Made by a program: the position numbers and the translations under genes
From: Podarcis bocagei
Lineage: Eukaryota
Assembly (NCBI GenBank): GCA_964188305.1
Contig: OZ076889.1
DNA: 64,000 bases
Reading direction: 5' to 3' (one strand)
The notes under the pieces: model-generated
Seen by the model: only the letters and a program-made list of their open reading frames with translations
What the model was told of the DNA's origin: nothing
The model's database searches: none
In this document: in pieces, positions 22,821-36,089 of the stretch
Layout: every line of letters starts with the position of its first letter
Numbering within the stretch: position 1 is the first letter of the stretch

Positions 22821-22885
22821 AATAATAATAATAATATTTATACCCCGCCCTCCCCAGCCAAAACCAGGCTCAGAGCGGCTAACAT
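22821..22885 (-). mobile_element. L2 3'-terminal fragment with (TTA)n tail
   Basis: aataataat-atttataccccgccc...gcggct, the same terminus as the 54011 copy. Confidence 0.7.
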
Positions 22886-23605
22886 CAATTATATAACACA
22901 TCAAGATAAAATCAAGCAATCAATTAAAATACATCCTAGAATCAAATCAGAATCAGAGTACAATATTTAAAGACGAACCATGATTAATCGACTCCTTCAG
23001 ACTTTCAAGCCTTATTGTGTAAGCAAGGTAGTGCATATCCAACCTCAAGCCTTTAAGGGAAGTGAGCAGCAATGATCCTGATAAATTGTATTCTGTCCAC
23101 ATCACTAGGGTGCCAATAACGTTTCAAAATGCTTGGAGGATCAAGAGAAGTACTTTCATGACTCTCTATAGAAAAAAAACCTCATTGTGATTCTCTGGAG
23201 ACATTCACTCTCTAATGGAGTGAGCTTGCAGGGAATTGATTTAATTTATGCATTTAACTCTTGATCTCCTCTACTTCAGACTTTTTCTGTGCTAACTGAA
23301 ACCCATTGATGCCATTAAGAAATAAGACTAAGAAGCAGTGAGTCTAAGAACATGTTTGCTGTAATTCTAAAGGCCTTGCTTGGAAGTAAATAAAACTGAA
23401 ATTAATAGGACCTGATTCAGAGTAAACATGGTTAGGATCAGGCTGTTAGCTGGAAAATAATCACCAATGAATTGCAAAAAACCAACATGTTTTTATGTTC
23501 TAAACAAGTTTCTAAGAGTGGTCACTTCATCCCCACATATGACCCATCTCTTGTTGTTTTGTGTATATATTATCTCAATAGAGAAAGCTACAGAATCATC
23601 ATCAC

Positions 23606-23606
<1 letters not shown>

Positions 23607-23647
<41 letters not shown>

Positions 23648-23648
23648 C
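23607..23648. repeat. (TTA)n microsatellite
   Basis: About 14 units; explains the poly-Leu in ORF 23467. Confidence 0.97.
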
Positions 23649-25679
23649 TGAATTTCTATCCCACACCTCAGCTATGTCATTATCCTATGAAACAAACAAA
23701 CAAACAAATAAATAAATATGACTTACAATGCAAAATACAGCAATAATATACTAAAAAGAAAGCAGCTTCTCACCAACCAGTCTGCAGTTCACAGATCAGT
23801 CACAGATCAGGACAAAAAAAACCTGTCCATTTTTTGTCCAGCACTAAGGGGCACCATTAAGAAGGCTCTACCTATTGAGCTTTACCTATTGGCAGGAGTG
23901 CAAGAAGAATCTCTCATGCTGAGTTAATTCATGGGAACATTGGGATGGGTACAGGCCCTCCTTCAAATGAACTCATTTTGGGGAGGGGAAATAGTTTCAT
24001 TCACTTTAAGGTAGATATAAGCTGGGGGGGCCTTGCCCATCTCTACAGATAACATATAGGCTATTTACTCCTTCTATGTTACAAATCATTTATTTTTAAA
24101 AGATTCATTTTCTGCCGTTCCACTCATCGGGGCAATCAGGATTTGTTTTTACGTAAGCCCCACAATCCCAAATGCGCGCCAGAACGGAAATGTTTTAAGT
24201 CCTATAACTGTTGAAAGTGTAGGCTTAGCTGATCCTCCGAGGGAGAAAGGAACAACTAGACCTCAATAGCCAACAGGCTTGCCTTTGAAGGCAAAGGTAT
24301 CTGGATGACACAAGGCCTCCTTTTAGGAAGACAGCACTGCAAAATGGTGGCACTTCATATGTGAGGAGACATTTTCTGTGGTATCAATTTTGGTTTTAAA
24401 AACCATAAACAGCATCTCAATGGTGTTCAGAAACTCACGGGCAGCCTGTGACACACACTGAAGAGTGGAATAATGTCCTTTCAGCCACTAAGTCCACTGA
24501 ATAGCCTGATCACAATATGATGGACCAGGTGAATTGTCCATAAGTCTTGATACAGTTTTTAAAAATCTGCTTTCCATACACACACAAACAGCAAATGTGC
24601 ACACACGCACACACAAGGAAGACACACAAAGGAGGGTGGAAGGGTATGACAGGCGCATGCGAGTAAGTTACAGATAGTCTGCTAGCTTGAAACTTTGAAA
24701 AATGTCAGTTATCAAGGAGCATATGTTAGCACTGCCCTTGGGCAGTCACAGAACACTACATTTACAAACAGAGAAAAACCAATTTAAATCACTCAGTACA
24801 TTTGCATGCATTGTCTGAAAAGAAGGGTCTTAAAATCAAGATTAATATGCACATTTTTACCTCAGAGCCTCAATGACAGGCAGAGGGAGGGCAGACTGCA
24901 CTCAATGAGCTGTGCAGAAGAGACGCACAAAACAAGAAGCACTGGAGCTTCATGCCTCATGCAGGACAGATAAGGATGTAGGATGTATTCTCCATTCTTA
25001 AATGGGAAGGAGTAAAGTTCAGTAGCAAGAAACCTAAGGGGAATAGGATATGTCTCTCCTGAACACACAGAGATCACTTTAGTAACCCACTGTGGGATGT
25101 ACATACCTATTAAGCTATTCTGCAGTGTACTCTAAAATTGCCTGCACCTATATTAGCCTCTCCCAAGCAGATACCTTCCACTTGTTGCTAGACTACAAGT
25201 CCTATTATCCCTGACCACAGGCCATTCTGGCTGGGGCTAATGGGAGCCCTAGTCTAAAGAATCTGGAAGTCATTGGACAGGGGATCAGTGAACTAAATTC
25301 TTCCTTACAAAAACATGAATACAACTACAGTATTAGGCAAATAAATACATAGGTGACAATGTGGCCTTGCTCTCAGGGTCTGAGCTGGACTATCCTAACA
25401 AAAAGAAAGAAAGTTTAATATAGCTGTCATTTTCTTCCCCCAAGAATGTCACTGGAAGATGCTATTTAGCTGCTCTGGTAACCAGGAAAAGCAATACATG
25501 AAGAGGTGGTGCCATTCCCATTGGACTTGGTGAGTTGGAGGGTGACTCTCTGATGCAGAGACCTGCTTCTACTCATTTGGGCTCCTCAAGCAATGTTAAA
25601 CTCAAATTTTCTAGGGGTCTACATTGCGTGGGAAGCTTCCATGAGCACTGGAAGTTCCCTGATTCAGGCACTCATCCTC

Positions 25680-25871
25680 TAACTTGGATGGCTTCAAAAA
25701 GAGCATCAGTCAAACTGATGGAGGATAATGCTATCCATGGCTACTAGTCATGATGAAAACGTTCTACCTCCACTGTCAGAGGCAGCATGCCTCTGCATAC
25801 CAGTTCCTGAGGATCACAAGTGAGCAGATCACTCTTGTGCTCAGGGATTCCCAAAGGCATCTGGCTGGCCA
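25680..25871 (+). mobile_element. CR1 LINE 3' fragment (degenerate)
   Basis: aacttggatggctt.aaaa...atggaggata..gctatc.atggctactag...ggcatctgg.tggcca; overlaps the 5030 and 52470 copies in sequence. Confidence 0.7.
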
Positions 25872-28800
25872 TGCCTTATTCACACAAGGTGTGCTCCAAT
25901 TCCAAGCTGGCTCTTGAAAGCTACAAAATGATTCTGATTTCTATGCACTTTAGACTTGTCAGTTTTCTAGCAAATGTGCTGACAGCTTTCTCTAACCTCA
26001 GTGCTTTCTCCATCATTCAAATCGGTTCAAAACACTCACTGCCAAACTAGTAGTGCTTCATAGGGCTGTCCTCAATGTTATTATATAGATAGAGCTATTA
26101 CAAATAGTCACTTCCAAAATGTCACTTTGTAAACACTAAAAGTGTCCTAAAATAATAGAATTGCCATTGATCTTTTGGTGTCCCTAATTCAATAAAACAC
26201 TCAAGTGGAATAGGCTTTCTGATTAAAGAGTAATTTAAATGCAATTAATTTTATAAAGGTCATTCTTATTTTACTATCTTGATTCTAATATAAGGAACTT
26301 TAGGGTCTCATGTCTCTCTGGTTTTTCATATTCTTGATTTTGCAGCTTAGAGATGAACTTTTGTCAACATATAATCTTGCATGTCATTGCATTATTATGT
26401 ACCTTAAGCCTGTAGTTTTGTTGTGACCTCACAGTTGGTTTGTTTGAGAAATATGGAATTTTTTGGAATTGGAACAGGATCCCCCGTCACACCCACAGAC
26501 AAAGTCCAAAAATGCTTGCACATATGTAATGTAACAAGTGGGCACTAATTTTAACCACCTTCTGGCTAAAATGAGAAGCAAAATTGCCTTCTAGAGCATC
26601 CTTAGACATTTCCAGGAAACTCTAGGAGACTTTGTCAGTTTTTAGATTTCCACAGAAGGGAACATGGTGGATTGAACGTCTTTTGTCAGCAGTCTGCCAA
26701 CAGTAGATCGTTGGTGGAAGGACTCTGAGTGAGAGACAGAGAACTGAATATCTCCCAGGGTGAGAGACTGGGAGAAGAAAAGTAAGTTCTAGATGAGAGC
26801 TGGGAGGGTCTCCCACTTTTTGTGTGAGACAAGGATTAAGAGCTATCTTTGAGAGAGAGGAGTCTACATTTTCTTTTTCTTTTTCTCTTTCTATTTTTAT
26901 TTTTATTTAGATTAGTTTTTTATTGTATTATGAAAAGTCTTTAATAAAATCTTATGAAAAAAGAAAGAGACTGTGTCCATTTTTATGAGTTTTGGTCTTT
27001 GCATTGAAATCTGTATGTATTTCACCTAAGCACCATTATGGCATAGAAATCAAAATTGTTGGGCTAAGATCTGGAGCTTGTGAGATATCTTAGTGTGCAC
27101 CAGGATGTTGCCTTACATATCCCAATTGTACCTGGCACAGTCAGGAAAAATGCCACCTGTTCACTATGCCAGAACTTTAGAGCATGCAAGCCACCTTTAC
27201 TTTGTCTGGGACTAAACAGGGCATGTGAAGGAAGCCAGCAGTGCATTTTTGCGCTGCATGTCCGGAGTGAGTTGTGATAGCTATTCTGCCTCCTACACTT
27301 CAATCCATCATTTCTGTAGAGAAGAACTGATGCATCCCACCAAAACATTACAGAGTGGAAACATTGATTATCCCTAATGTTTTTGGCTTTCAGAAAATGT
27401 GTTAATACAGCCAGAAGCTGCAGTGACATGTAGACACAGTCTTTGTATTTTGTGAACTCAGATGGTGAGTCAGAGGCAGAATATGTGAAAGGCAAAGAAT
27501 ATCTTTCAAATATCTTATATTTGTAAAATGGCCGATATGGTCATATCACAGGGCAAAGAAATTGAGATCCCTGCCCTTTTCTACAGAGTGAACTTTCGAA
27601 CTTCTGAAATCTACCCATTAATCCAAAAAAGAAGCAGCAATAATATTTTGGGTAGACATGGCTCTTAAGACACCAAACCTTTGTGGCACAGACTTAGTTC
27701 AGACCTTAAATGAAAGTACACACTCTGTAGATGTTAAAAAAAATAGGACACTGGGCAAAATATATCCCAGCAGTCCAGGAAAGGCCAAATGTTCCTTTGG
27801 AGGTTATAACAATTTCAGTGTATTTGTGCTGATAGTAGTCTTGAGTCATCTTGACAAAAGTACAGACTTTGGTTGAAATGTCAGGTCTCCCAGAGCCAAA
27901 GGTTAAGCTTTCAGAATGAGATAATCTTTGCTCTGCAATGTGTACAGAACCATTTGCACTTGGCACTTCGTTTATCATCCTATTCATTTGGTGTTTCTGG
28001 CAGGCAGGGCTCTGCTGGGAAACCTGTGGATTGAACCTCTCCAGTTCCCCCTCCCCTGGTTCACAGCTGGGAACAAATCAACGGATGATGATTACATTGT
28101 CAATGTACATGGTGTCATGCAGAGTAACATGAACAAAACAGACAGGTCTCTGCCTTCAGGAGCATTCAATTTCAGCTCTTCAGTTGGGAAAATGGCAAAG
28201 GAGAAGTGAGCGAGGAAATAAAGAAGCAGATTTCCAGAATATGAGAATCATCTTAAGCATGTACTCTTCCCTCTTCCATGAGAGACTTTTGAAATCCTCT
28301 GTTGAATTTCCTCGTGATTTTAGGACTGTGTATCATAATTACTGTAATCCGAGCTGAATAATCTTTCTGCTTGCCCTCCTTCTCAGACCCACCCATCACC
28401 CATTTACCTCCTCCTCTACCATGCCTAGATCATGGTTCTGCCAGAAAAAGTGGCAAGGAGATTCCTTCCATTATTGACACATAGCTCACTGCTATGGAAG
28501 CAACTCAGGTGCCAAGGACCTTGGAAAGTGTAGGTTTCCTAGGGAACTTGACACTGAATAGGTGTACAATGGAGATTATATCTCACATGGTTGCTGAAAA
28601 GTCAGTTGCTTCTATGGCAGCAAGTGTGGGTAGGAAAAGATGGGGGTCACATTAGATTTGACAAGACCCTGGAGGCACTTGGAGGGTGAAGAGCAGTTCC
28701 CAACCTACCCTTACTGCAGGCTGAGTTGCAGGGATTTTGAAAGGGAGCTGCCAATGGGTGGACCTACCCCACTGAATGCTAGCCAGTGGGGATGAAGTGG

Positions 28801-31800
28801 AGTATGGGGCTCAGTTGGCACTGAATCCAATCATCGCCTCAGCTCCAGAACTGAGAAGACCTCTTCACATGTTACACTGAACACAACCTCTGCACATGTA
28901 CAAATGTTTGTGTGAAAAAACGTACACTTGTTATCTGGTACAGCTCAACTATTGCATACACAGACTTTACACACATTGAACATTGTATGTGATGAACTGT
29001 ACATGTGTGTACATCAACTGTTTGTGTACATATGTACACAGAGACACACTCATTGCAAACAAGATGTGAATACCCCTAGGGTGGTTGTCTATTGAGTGGA
29101 TGCCCGGAAGGAACTGTGAATTGGGGCAGAGTTCTTGTTTCCTATGAATACCAGAAACTCTCTCTAATTGTGTCTGTGCAGCATTTAAGCAGTACACTGT
29201 ACAGTTGAATACTTTGTTTAAATGGTTTGTGTCCCCATTGGATAATCTCTTATGTGAGCTCCTTTATATCAATAACAGTAAGAAATTATTGATTTTTTTC
29301 TAAAGCCATTAAGTTCAATTAGCTTTACAATTCAAATGGAAAAAGATGGCAAATTACCTTCACTGGATGGTTTAAAAAGTACAGAAAATAAAAAACACAC
29401 ACCCTAATTTGTGAAGGATGAGATTAAAGTGGTAAAGGTAAAACAAATAAATGCATATTAACATAATGGTTCTAATCAGCATCATCTGGCATTTAAAACT
29501 ACCATCATTATGCTTACTGGACTGTGGAGCAATAAGGAATTCTGAAGCTGTTTACCCATTTAATGCTAAGAATATATTAAAGTAGGATAAATAATAAGCA
29601 ATGGGAATAAACAGTAGGAAGAGAGAGAAACTATGCTGCCGAGGCATGAAGTACTGTATATTGTAGGTTTAGATAAAATGAAGTATTTGACAGAGAGACC
29701 TAGTGTGGTCGAATTAAATCCCACCACCACCCACACTTAATACATTCTCCCCGCCCCCCTCTCATGTGTGTGTGTGTATCAAATCATTAACTAAATATAA
29801 TTTATTTATTAGTTGGTAAATCAATACCCCATCTTTCCCCCAAGGGTACTGTACATATTTTCCTCATTGCTTTATTCACAACAATCCTGTGGAAGTAGAT
29901 CAGACTAAGAGATTGGGGGAGGGGTAGGCTGAGGTCACCCAGCAAGTTTCAGAAATAGTTATAGTTAACATGCAAGGCTGATCCAAGCATTTTTATACAG
30001 AGCACAGCCTCTCTTCTGAAGTTGTGGGGACTTAACTCAATTGTCAATACAACTGCAGGTCTAGAAAGTTTGGTAAGTACGCAGTCAAGGATAGTTCAAC
30101 AAGGGATGTGTGAAAATAGGGCATTTATATAACTGTTCCTCAGGCAGGGGGACCTACAACATGCCTTGTTCCAGGGTCTTTCATTCTATGCAAGAAACAG
30201 GAATTTGATACATATATAGCTCAAAGCATGCTAATTGTTCGGAAAGCCTAGAAGGTTTAGCATTTGTTCATGTTTTGTGAAACATACCCCAGTGTAATTG
30301 AGGTACATTTCGTGCATAACTTCCCAGGGGTCTTTGATATTTATGTACCAAACTTCAACATATGAGAAAAGGTCAGGAAATGGGACATACCTTTGACTGT
30401 CAGAAAACCCAATGCCTGTAATCTCTATTTCTCCCCTATGTGGTAAGAAGCAATTGTATGGGTTGTCTGCATTGGGGCTGCAATGTGAAGGAGGTGCAAG
30501 AGTTAAACCCCTCCCCTAGTGCTGCAGCTGAACAGAAATGCATTTCATTGTGTCTGTTTCAATGAATGAGAAAGAAGTTTGAAGAACCAGCCATGGATTT
30601 CCTGTATTGTGATGTGTTTGGGCTTGGCTTTCAAAACTAGGCCTTAGATGAAATGTCTTGCAAAGGAGGATTTCCCTTGCCTTTTTATGAAGCAATGTTT
30701 TAGCTAATGTTCAACACCGTATAAAATCTTAAATTAGAGAGAAGAAAAACAGCGTCCTGTAAATAACAGCAAATATGTTGTACAAAACCGCAGTCCCCTT
30801 CTCAGTTAGATTTGTCACTGTGTTCACAAATCTGCATTTTTTAAAGATTACTGGAAATCATGCAGAGTTCTTAACGTTTATTTTCAATTACTATTCCCAT
30901 GGGAAAATAAAGCTACAGCTTTTAATTCATCTTGCAATAACATACAAAAAAAGAGCAAGAGCAAGAGAGCAGAATTTATGCTTTTTTATTTCCCCCCAAC
31001 AGATTTGGAAAAACCTCTGCAATGAAATCTCCCTCTCAAAGTTAAGATTTCATCACAAGCCACTTACCTTCATACAAGTTTCACAGGCAGCACTCATTGC
31101 CTGGCTAATTGGGCTTATCTGTCCTATATTAAGACATTCAAAAAGAAATGGCATATGCCACACCTTGGAAGGTCCTTCACGATGCCCCTAAATGTGATAT
31201 ATATTGCCATAAACTGTTCGGTTTTGTGCAGGATTGTGAGAAGTGAATTCCTTGCTTTCAAGAAAGTACATCTACTCGGAAGGCCTTGCTATCCTGTCAT
31301 TTCAGTTCCCAATTGAATTCATGCTATTGATTTCCTCTGAGGCAGTGATCAGACACAATGAGTGAACAAAGCAACCATCCAGCCAGACCCAAACCTACAA
31401 TCAAGTAGAATTGGAACTCCTGTGTTAATTTAATTTCTAGTGATCCAGCGGCTAGGTTGGTTTCTATTAGAAGTGAATCTATCTTCTCTAATCCATTGTG
31501 CACGAATCACAGATATGAATGTTTCATGCAAGAGGGAACCCCAGTCACTGAAGCCTTCACCCCAGATGCTTCAGCAATGGGATATCAGCTTTCATCAGGG
31601 GCTCCCTGGCAACACATACATGCCTAAAGGGAGCTGTATCATTTCCCCTATAAAATGGGAGCTCCACCGAATGGGCGGATGTTTTTCTTGGAGAGCCAAA
31701 CAAGCTACAGGGCAGGAGAAAAGTTGCACTAGCTTATGGCACAGAAACAAGTCCTTGGTATTTTATTTCATTTTTTAAAAAGCTCTACAAAAACAGGCTT

Positions 31801-32431
31801 GAAAATTATGGGTGAAATTTGGGAATTCAAAATTTCTAGAAATTGGTTTAACTAAGATTTGTGTGACAAAATTGTGCATACCTATGGCAGCCATGGAATG
31901 ACTGGGGAGTTGGCCTATTTCTGTACAGATCCATGATCAAATTTGTACCAAGCTTCTGCCAAAATTGTAGTGTCTCCTTCTGAACAAGGTGTAATCCAGA
32001 ACTTGGGAAGACTAAAGTCCTCTTCAGATGTTCCTTTCTCCACCCGCTTAACATAGAATTGATGGGACCTTCCACAATGGAGTGTCTGTTCTACTTGTGC
32101 TGCAGTCAGCCTCCCCCAACCTGATGCTAGCTGGGACTGAGGGAGCTGTAATCCAAAACATCTAGAGGGCACCAGAAATGGAGAGGGAGCTGCTCTAACT
32201 CATGGAGGGTAATGGGGATAGTTATTCCCACTTCCTCATCTATGAGTTAATCACATAGATAAAGGGATAACCAAGGAAGACTTAATAATTCTGAGGCCAT
32301 AGCAAATAAGATTCTAATTATATAACACAGAGATGAAAGCACTCTTGCAGACCACTCCTACAGATATTTGTTCAAAGTAAAATGACCTGAGTTTAATGGG
32401 ACTTACTCCTAAGTGAGAGTACATAGGACTG

Positions 32432-32540
32432 AGATATATAATTTGGCATTTTTTTATTGTATTGTAATTTGGAATGTTTTGATGTAGTTTTTATTGGATT
32501 ATTAAAATGGAAAACTCAATAAATATTATTTTTTTTAAAA
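32432..32540 (+). mobile_element. Short retroposed 3' end (L1-like) with TSD
   Basis: T-rich tract, AATAAA and A/T tail, flanked by a ~15-bp imperfect duplication GAGTACATAGGACTG (32417-32431) / GAGTACATGGGATTG (32541-32555). Confidence 0.6.
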
Positions 32541-34731
32541 GAGTACATGGGATTGCAGCCTTTGTCAGGCTCACACATAATGGTTGTCATTTCACACAGT
32601 CCTAGGTATGCTGTTTTGGTGGGGCTGGGAGGAGAAAGTAGTGATTACCAGACAGTAAGGCAAAATCAGGACCCTGGTCAGCTCCTATTGGGCCCTGTAG
32701 GCTGATAAAAAGGCTTTGTCTCAGCAGATGGCTAGTTATCTGAAGGCTTCCAGGAGAACTCCAATGGTTCTACCTCCTTAAGAAAGCTGTATGCAATTTA
32801 AAGGGTCTGTAGTGCATACTCCTATGTGCAGTGGATCAGGATTAGCTGCAGGGGAGTCAGACTCTGTGGAAGACAGGAGAGCTACATGCTTAGGCCATTC
32901 AGTATAGAAGGGAGTGTTGAGGGTGCCTCCTCAAGTTGGGAAACTGGTGCATCATCATCTCAGTCCAAGTTCTCCTCAAACCTGCTCTAGGAATCTGATA
33001 TAGAGGACACAAAAGTGGCTGTTCTATATGCAATGGCCAGTTAACCATGTGGCTCACTGAATGGCTTACTTACGCCCCATAATATGTGCCATGTGGAGTA
33101 CTTTCAATTTAGAGTGGCCCTGATGTGGCAGCCATAAATTTGTAGATAGGCATTTTAGCTATGCTGTTTCTTGATGGTTTATTCTGGTAAGTAAAACAAA
33201 CCAAAAACTCCCAAGTATGAATTTGATACAAGGCAAATTTCCTCACCACAGTTCCATCCCTCAATCCAAACCTTTCTTTTCAGTTGCATCTCTATGCAAA
33301 ATCCATTGCAAAATGCAAAGGAAACTATCTACAGAGTGTGGGGGGAAATTGCCTTTCCTTTACAAATGCTTTTCCAGTTAGCTGTTCCTCCAAGGAGCTC
33401 ATTATCACCTCCTTTCCTCCTCACACCAAACGTATGAGGTAGGTTAGGCTATAAAATAGTGACTGGTCCAATATTCCCCTGTACGTTTCATGGCTAAGTA
33501 GGGATTCAAACCCAGATCTTCCTAGTTTAAGTACTGCATTGTGCTGTACATGTTGCACAGTCTCAGAGTGCTGCACAAGTTAGCATAACTCATTATCTAC
33601 AGAGGTTTGGTTACGCCCTCTCTTTTATGCTTCAGGTGAGCAGACAGAAGACCTTTTTATTTCACCAAGGTTTTTCTGCAGGTCAGGGTTCTGTCTACCT
33701 ATTTTTACACCAAATTGATTTATCCTGCTCTTTGGCTTTAATGTATGAAATTGATTCTAGTAATTCAGAGTATTTTTATTGCAGCCTGGGCTGTTTTTAT
33801 TGTGGTTGTTTGGCTTATGCATAGAGAGGGGGAGAGACTTTCATTTTATAAAGAATTGTGGGGTGTACTTTTATATTTATAGAAGCACATGCCCCATCCC
33901 GTAAATGGGACCCGTCTTTTTAATGTGTATACTATAAATACATGTTAAACTAGGACACTCTTGTATCTGGGCTTTTTGTCACTGTTGTTTGTTTCATCAT
34001 TTTATTTCACTTCCCTATGTTGGTCACATTGATTTCCCCCCCTTCCTTTCTTCCTTAGCCGAAATCATTCATAATGGGTGGGTAACAATCATCCATCCCA
34101 GATTTCAAACCCACAATGAGATATCATCTAGAGGTTCAGTATTGATTTAATTTCCAAGAAACATAGCCAATTTTAATGGGGTAAACTGTTGCTTCCATAG
34201 GTGTCAGAGGAGCACTTCCAATCTAATACTTTGAGAGAAATTGTGTGTAAGAATTGATTTCCAGATGTTAAGTTGCTCTCAGTGCCAATGCAAAATCTAT
34301 TTCTGAAGGCAGCAAGTGTGAAATTCAAATGTGCAGTGGAAAATACCTGAGTTAGAGGTTATCCCCCCCCCTTCCAGATTCAGCTTCTCTAACTTTTGCA
34401 CATTTTTTCAAACATTATATCCATGGATATGATTGATTCATTCCAGTATATATTTATTATACTTTCAGGTATGTGTTTTGTAGTAGTAGTAGTTTTTTTA
34501 AAAATAAAAAACCCCATCCTTTCATTGCAGACTTTGCCAGCAATGGATGACATTCTTATTAGTACACATCTTAGACACTAGTCAAAACCAAAGAAGGCTA
34601 CACACACACTTACACTTTTGCAGGATCATAAATCCCCTGAAAAAGGAAGGTAGTATTCAGCAACTTTCAAGAGAAGGGTGAATTTAAATAAATATTAGGC
34701 ATTATGTTTAAATTGCTCATTTGTTCATTTG

Positions 34732-35161
34732 TGTCAGGGAACTGACATCAGAGCCAGAGGCGGAGGGACGGCTCTCAAGTGATGCTGGAGAGGGACCCAG
34801 CAGGGAGAGAGGCAGCTCAGCTGGGGAAGGAAATCAGCACAACACCAGGGATAAAGGGGGGCGGATGGGGGAATCGGCGAGAGGGCTCCAGGACTCTTCA
34901 CTGGACACCAGCGGGGAGAGCATGGGTCCTCCGCTACCCACACCCTCCCTGCGCAGAAGACTTCCACGCAGGGAGAGTAGGAGGAGACTTGGCTTCAAAC
35001 AACTTTTATGCTGGAAAAGGTTTAAGAAACGCCCACTGACGGATTCTGCTAGCGACTGAGGCAGCCACGAAGTGAAGGGCTGTCCAGACAGGAAAGGTTT
35101 AACAAGCCAACTTAGCCAGGAGTGGCGGTAACTTACGTACGAGCAACCCATATTCATTACA
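34732..35161. mobile_element. Solo-LTR-like element, 430 bp
   Basis: TGTCA...TTACA termini, perfect 5-bp TSD ATTTG (34727-34731, 35162-35166), sharp GC/CpG rise relative to AT-rich flanks. Confidence 0.78.
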
Positions 35162-35820
35162 ATTTGTTACAGTTAGATACTACTTATCCAACCAGGTTCT
35201 CTAGACAGGTCACACAGCCAATGAAATACAAAATGCAATTCACAATAAAATCCCTTCACAATACCCACCCCCCTTGCAAAGTCACAAAGCAGAAAACAAT
35301 GTGATTGGGTTTTTCTCTCTCATTATCATTTAACAAAAGAACAAGAGTAGCCATCTTTACACACACACTCCCCCAACATGTTTCTGGGAATGGCACTACA
35401 TCATGAGGTAGGGCATTCTACTCAGGGAACAAGGTGATGCTGCTGAGAGCTGGCATGCTAACCCTCTGAAGTAGCAGCAAGATTGTTGTAAATGTTTTGT
35501 TCAAAGAAATGGGGAGTGGAACCTTGGCCACCTTGTATTTAAGACAATACAAAAATTTTGTGACCAACATAATTGATCCGAAGAATGGAGAACACCTCCT
35601 ATCACCAAAAATATTGCCCTAGATCCACCCAATTTGAGTCATCACTGAACACCATTCACAATTGTCTAGCAAGTTCAAGGACTAGAAACATGGGATTGAT
35701 AAAATAAATGGAACCTAGAATTTCAATGCCCTGGTCAAACAATTGCATGTGTGGGTCGGTTCAGAAAAACAGGCCAGCTCACCTCCCATAGGCAATACCC
35801 AGGATTCTTAACATTGATTG

Positions 35821-36011
35821 GGAAGGGCTGTAGCTCAGTAGGCCATCTGCTTTGCATGCAGAAGGTTCCCGGTTAAATCCTTGGCATCTCTAAGTAGGCC
35901 TGGGAATGGTCTTCTATCAGAAACCCTAAGGAACAACAGTTAGACCGAGCAAACAATACAGTATGTAGCTAGATGGACCAATGGTTTGACTCAGTAAAGG
36001 GCAGCTATATG
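35821..36011 (+). mobile_element. tRNA(Ala-like)-head SINE with CR1-type tail
   Basis: tgtagctcagt A box, tgctttgcatg anticodon-like arm, ggttaaatcc B box, tail ctagatggaccaatggt.tgactcagta; more degenerate copy at about 42043-42195. Confidence 0.75.
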
Positions 36012-36019
36012 TGTCTGTC

Positions 36020-36023
<4 letters not shown>

Positions 36024-36085
<62 letters not shown>

Positions 36086-36089
36086 CGCG
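36024..36089. repeat. Compound (TG)n(AG)n(GC)n microsatellite
   Basis: About 15 TG, 14 AG and 4 GC units in direct succession. Confidence 0.97.

Noticed and set aside
24434-24570. Possible minus-strand exon (GTGAGT donor)
   Set aside because: All three frames contain stops between the candidate acceptor and donor.
30100-30420. Possible ancient DNA-transposon remnant
   Set aside because: Only a vague resemblance; no TIR, TSD or clear second copy could be defined.
35821-35890. tRNA-Ala gene
   Set aside because: Cloverleaf is broken and continues into a SINE body and tail.
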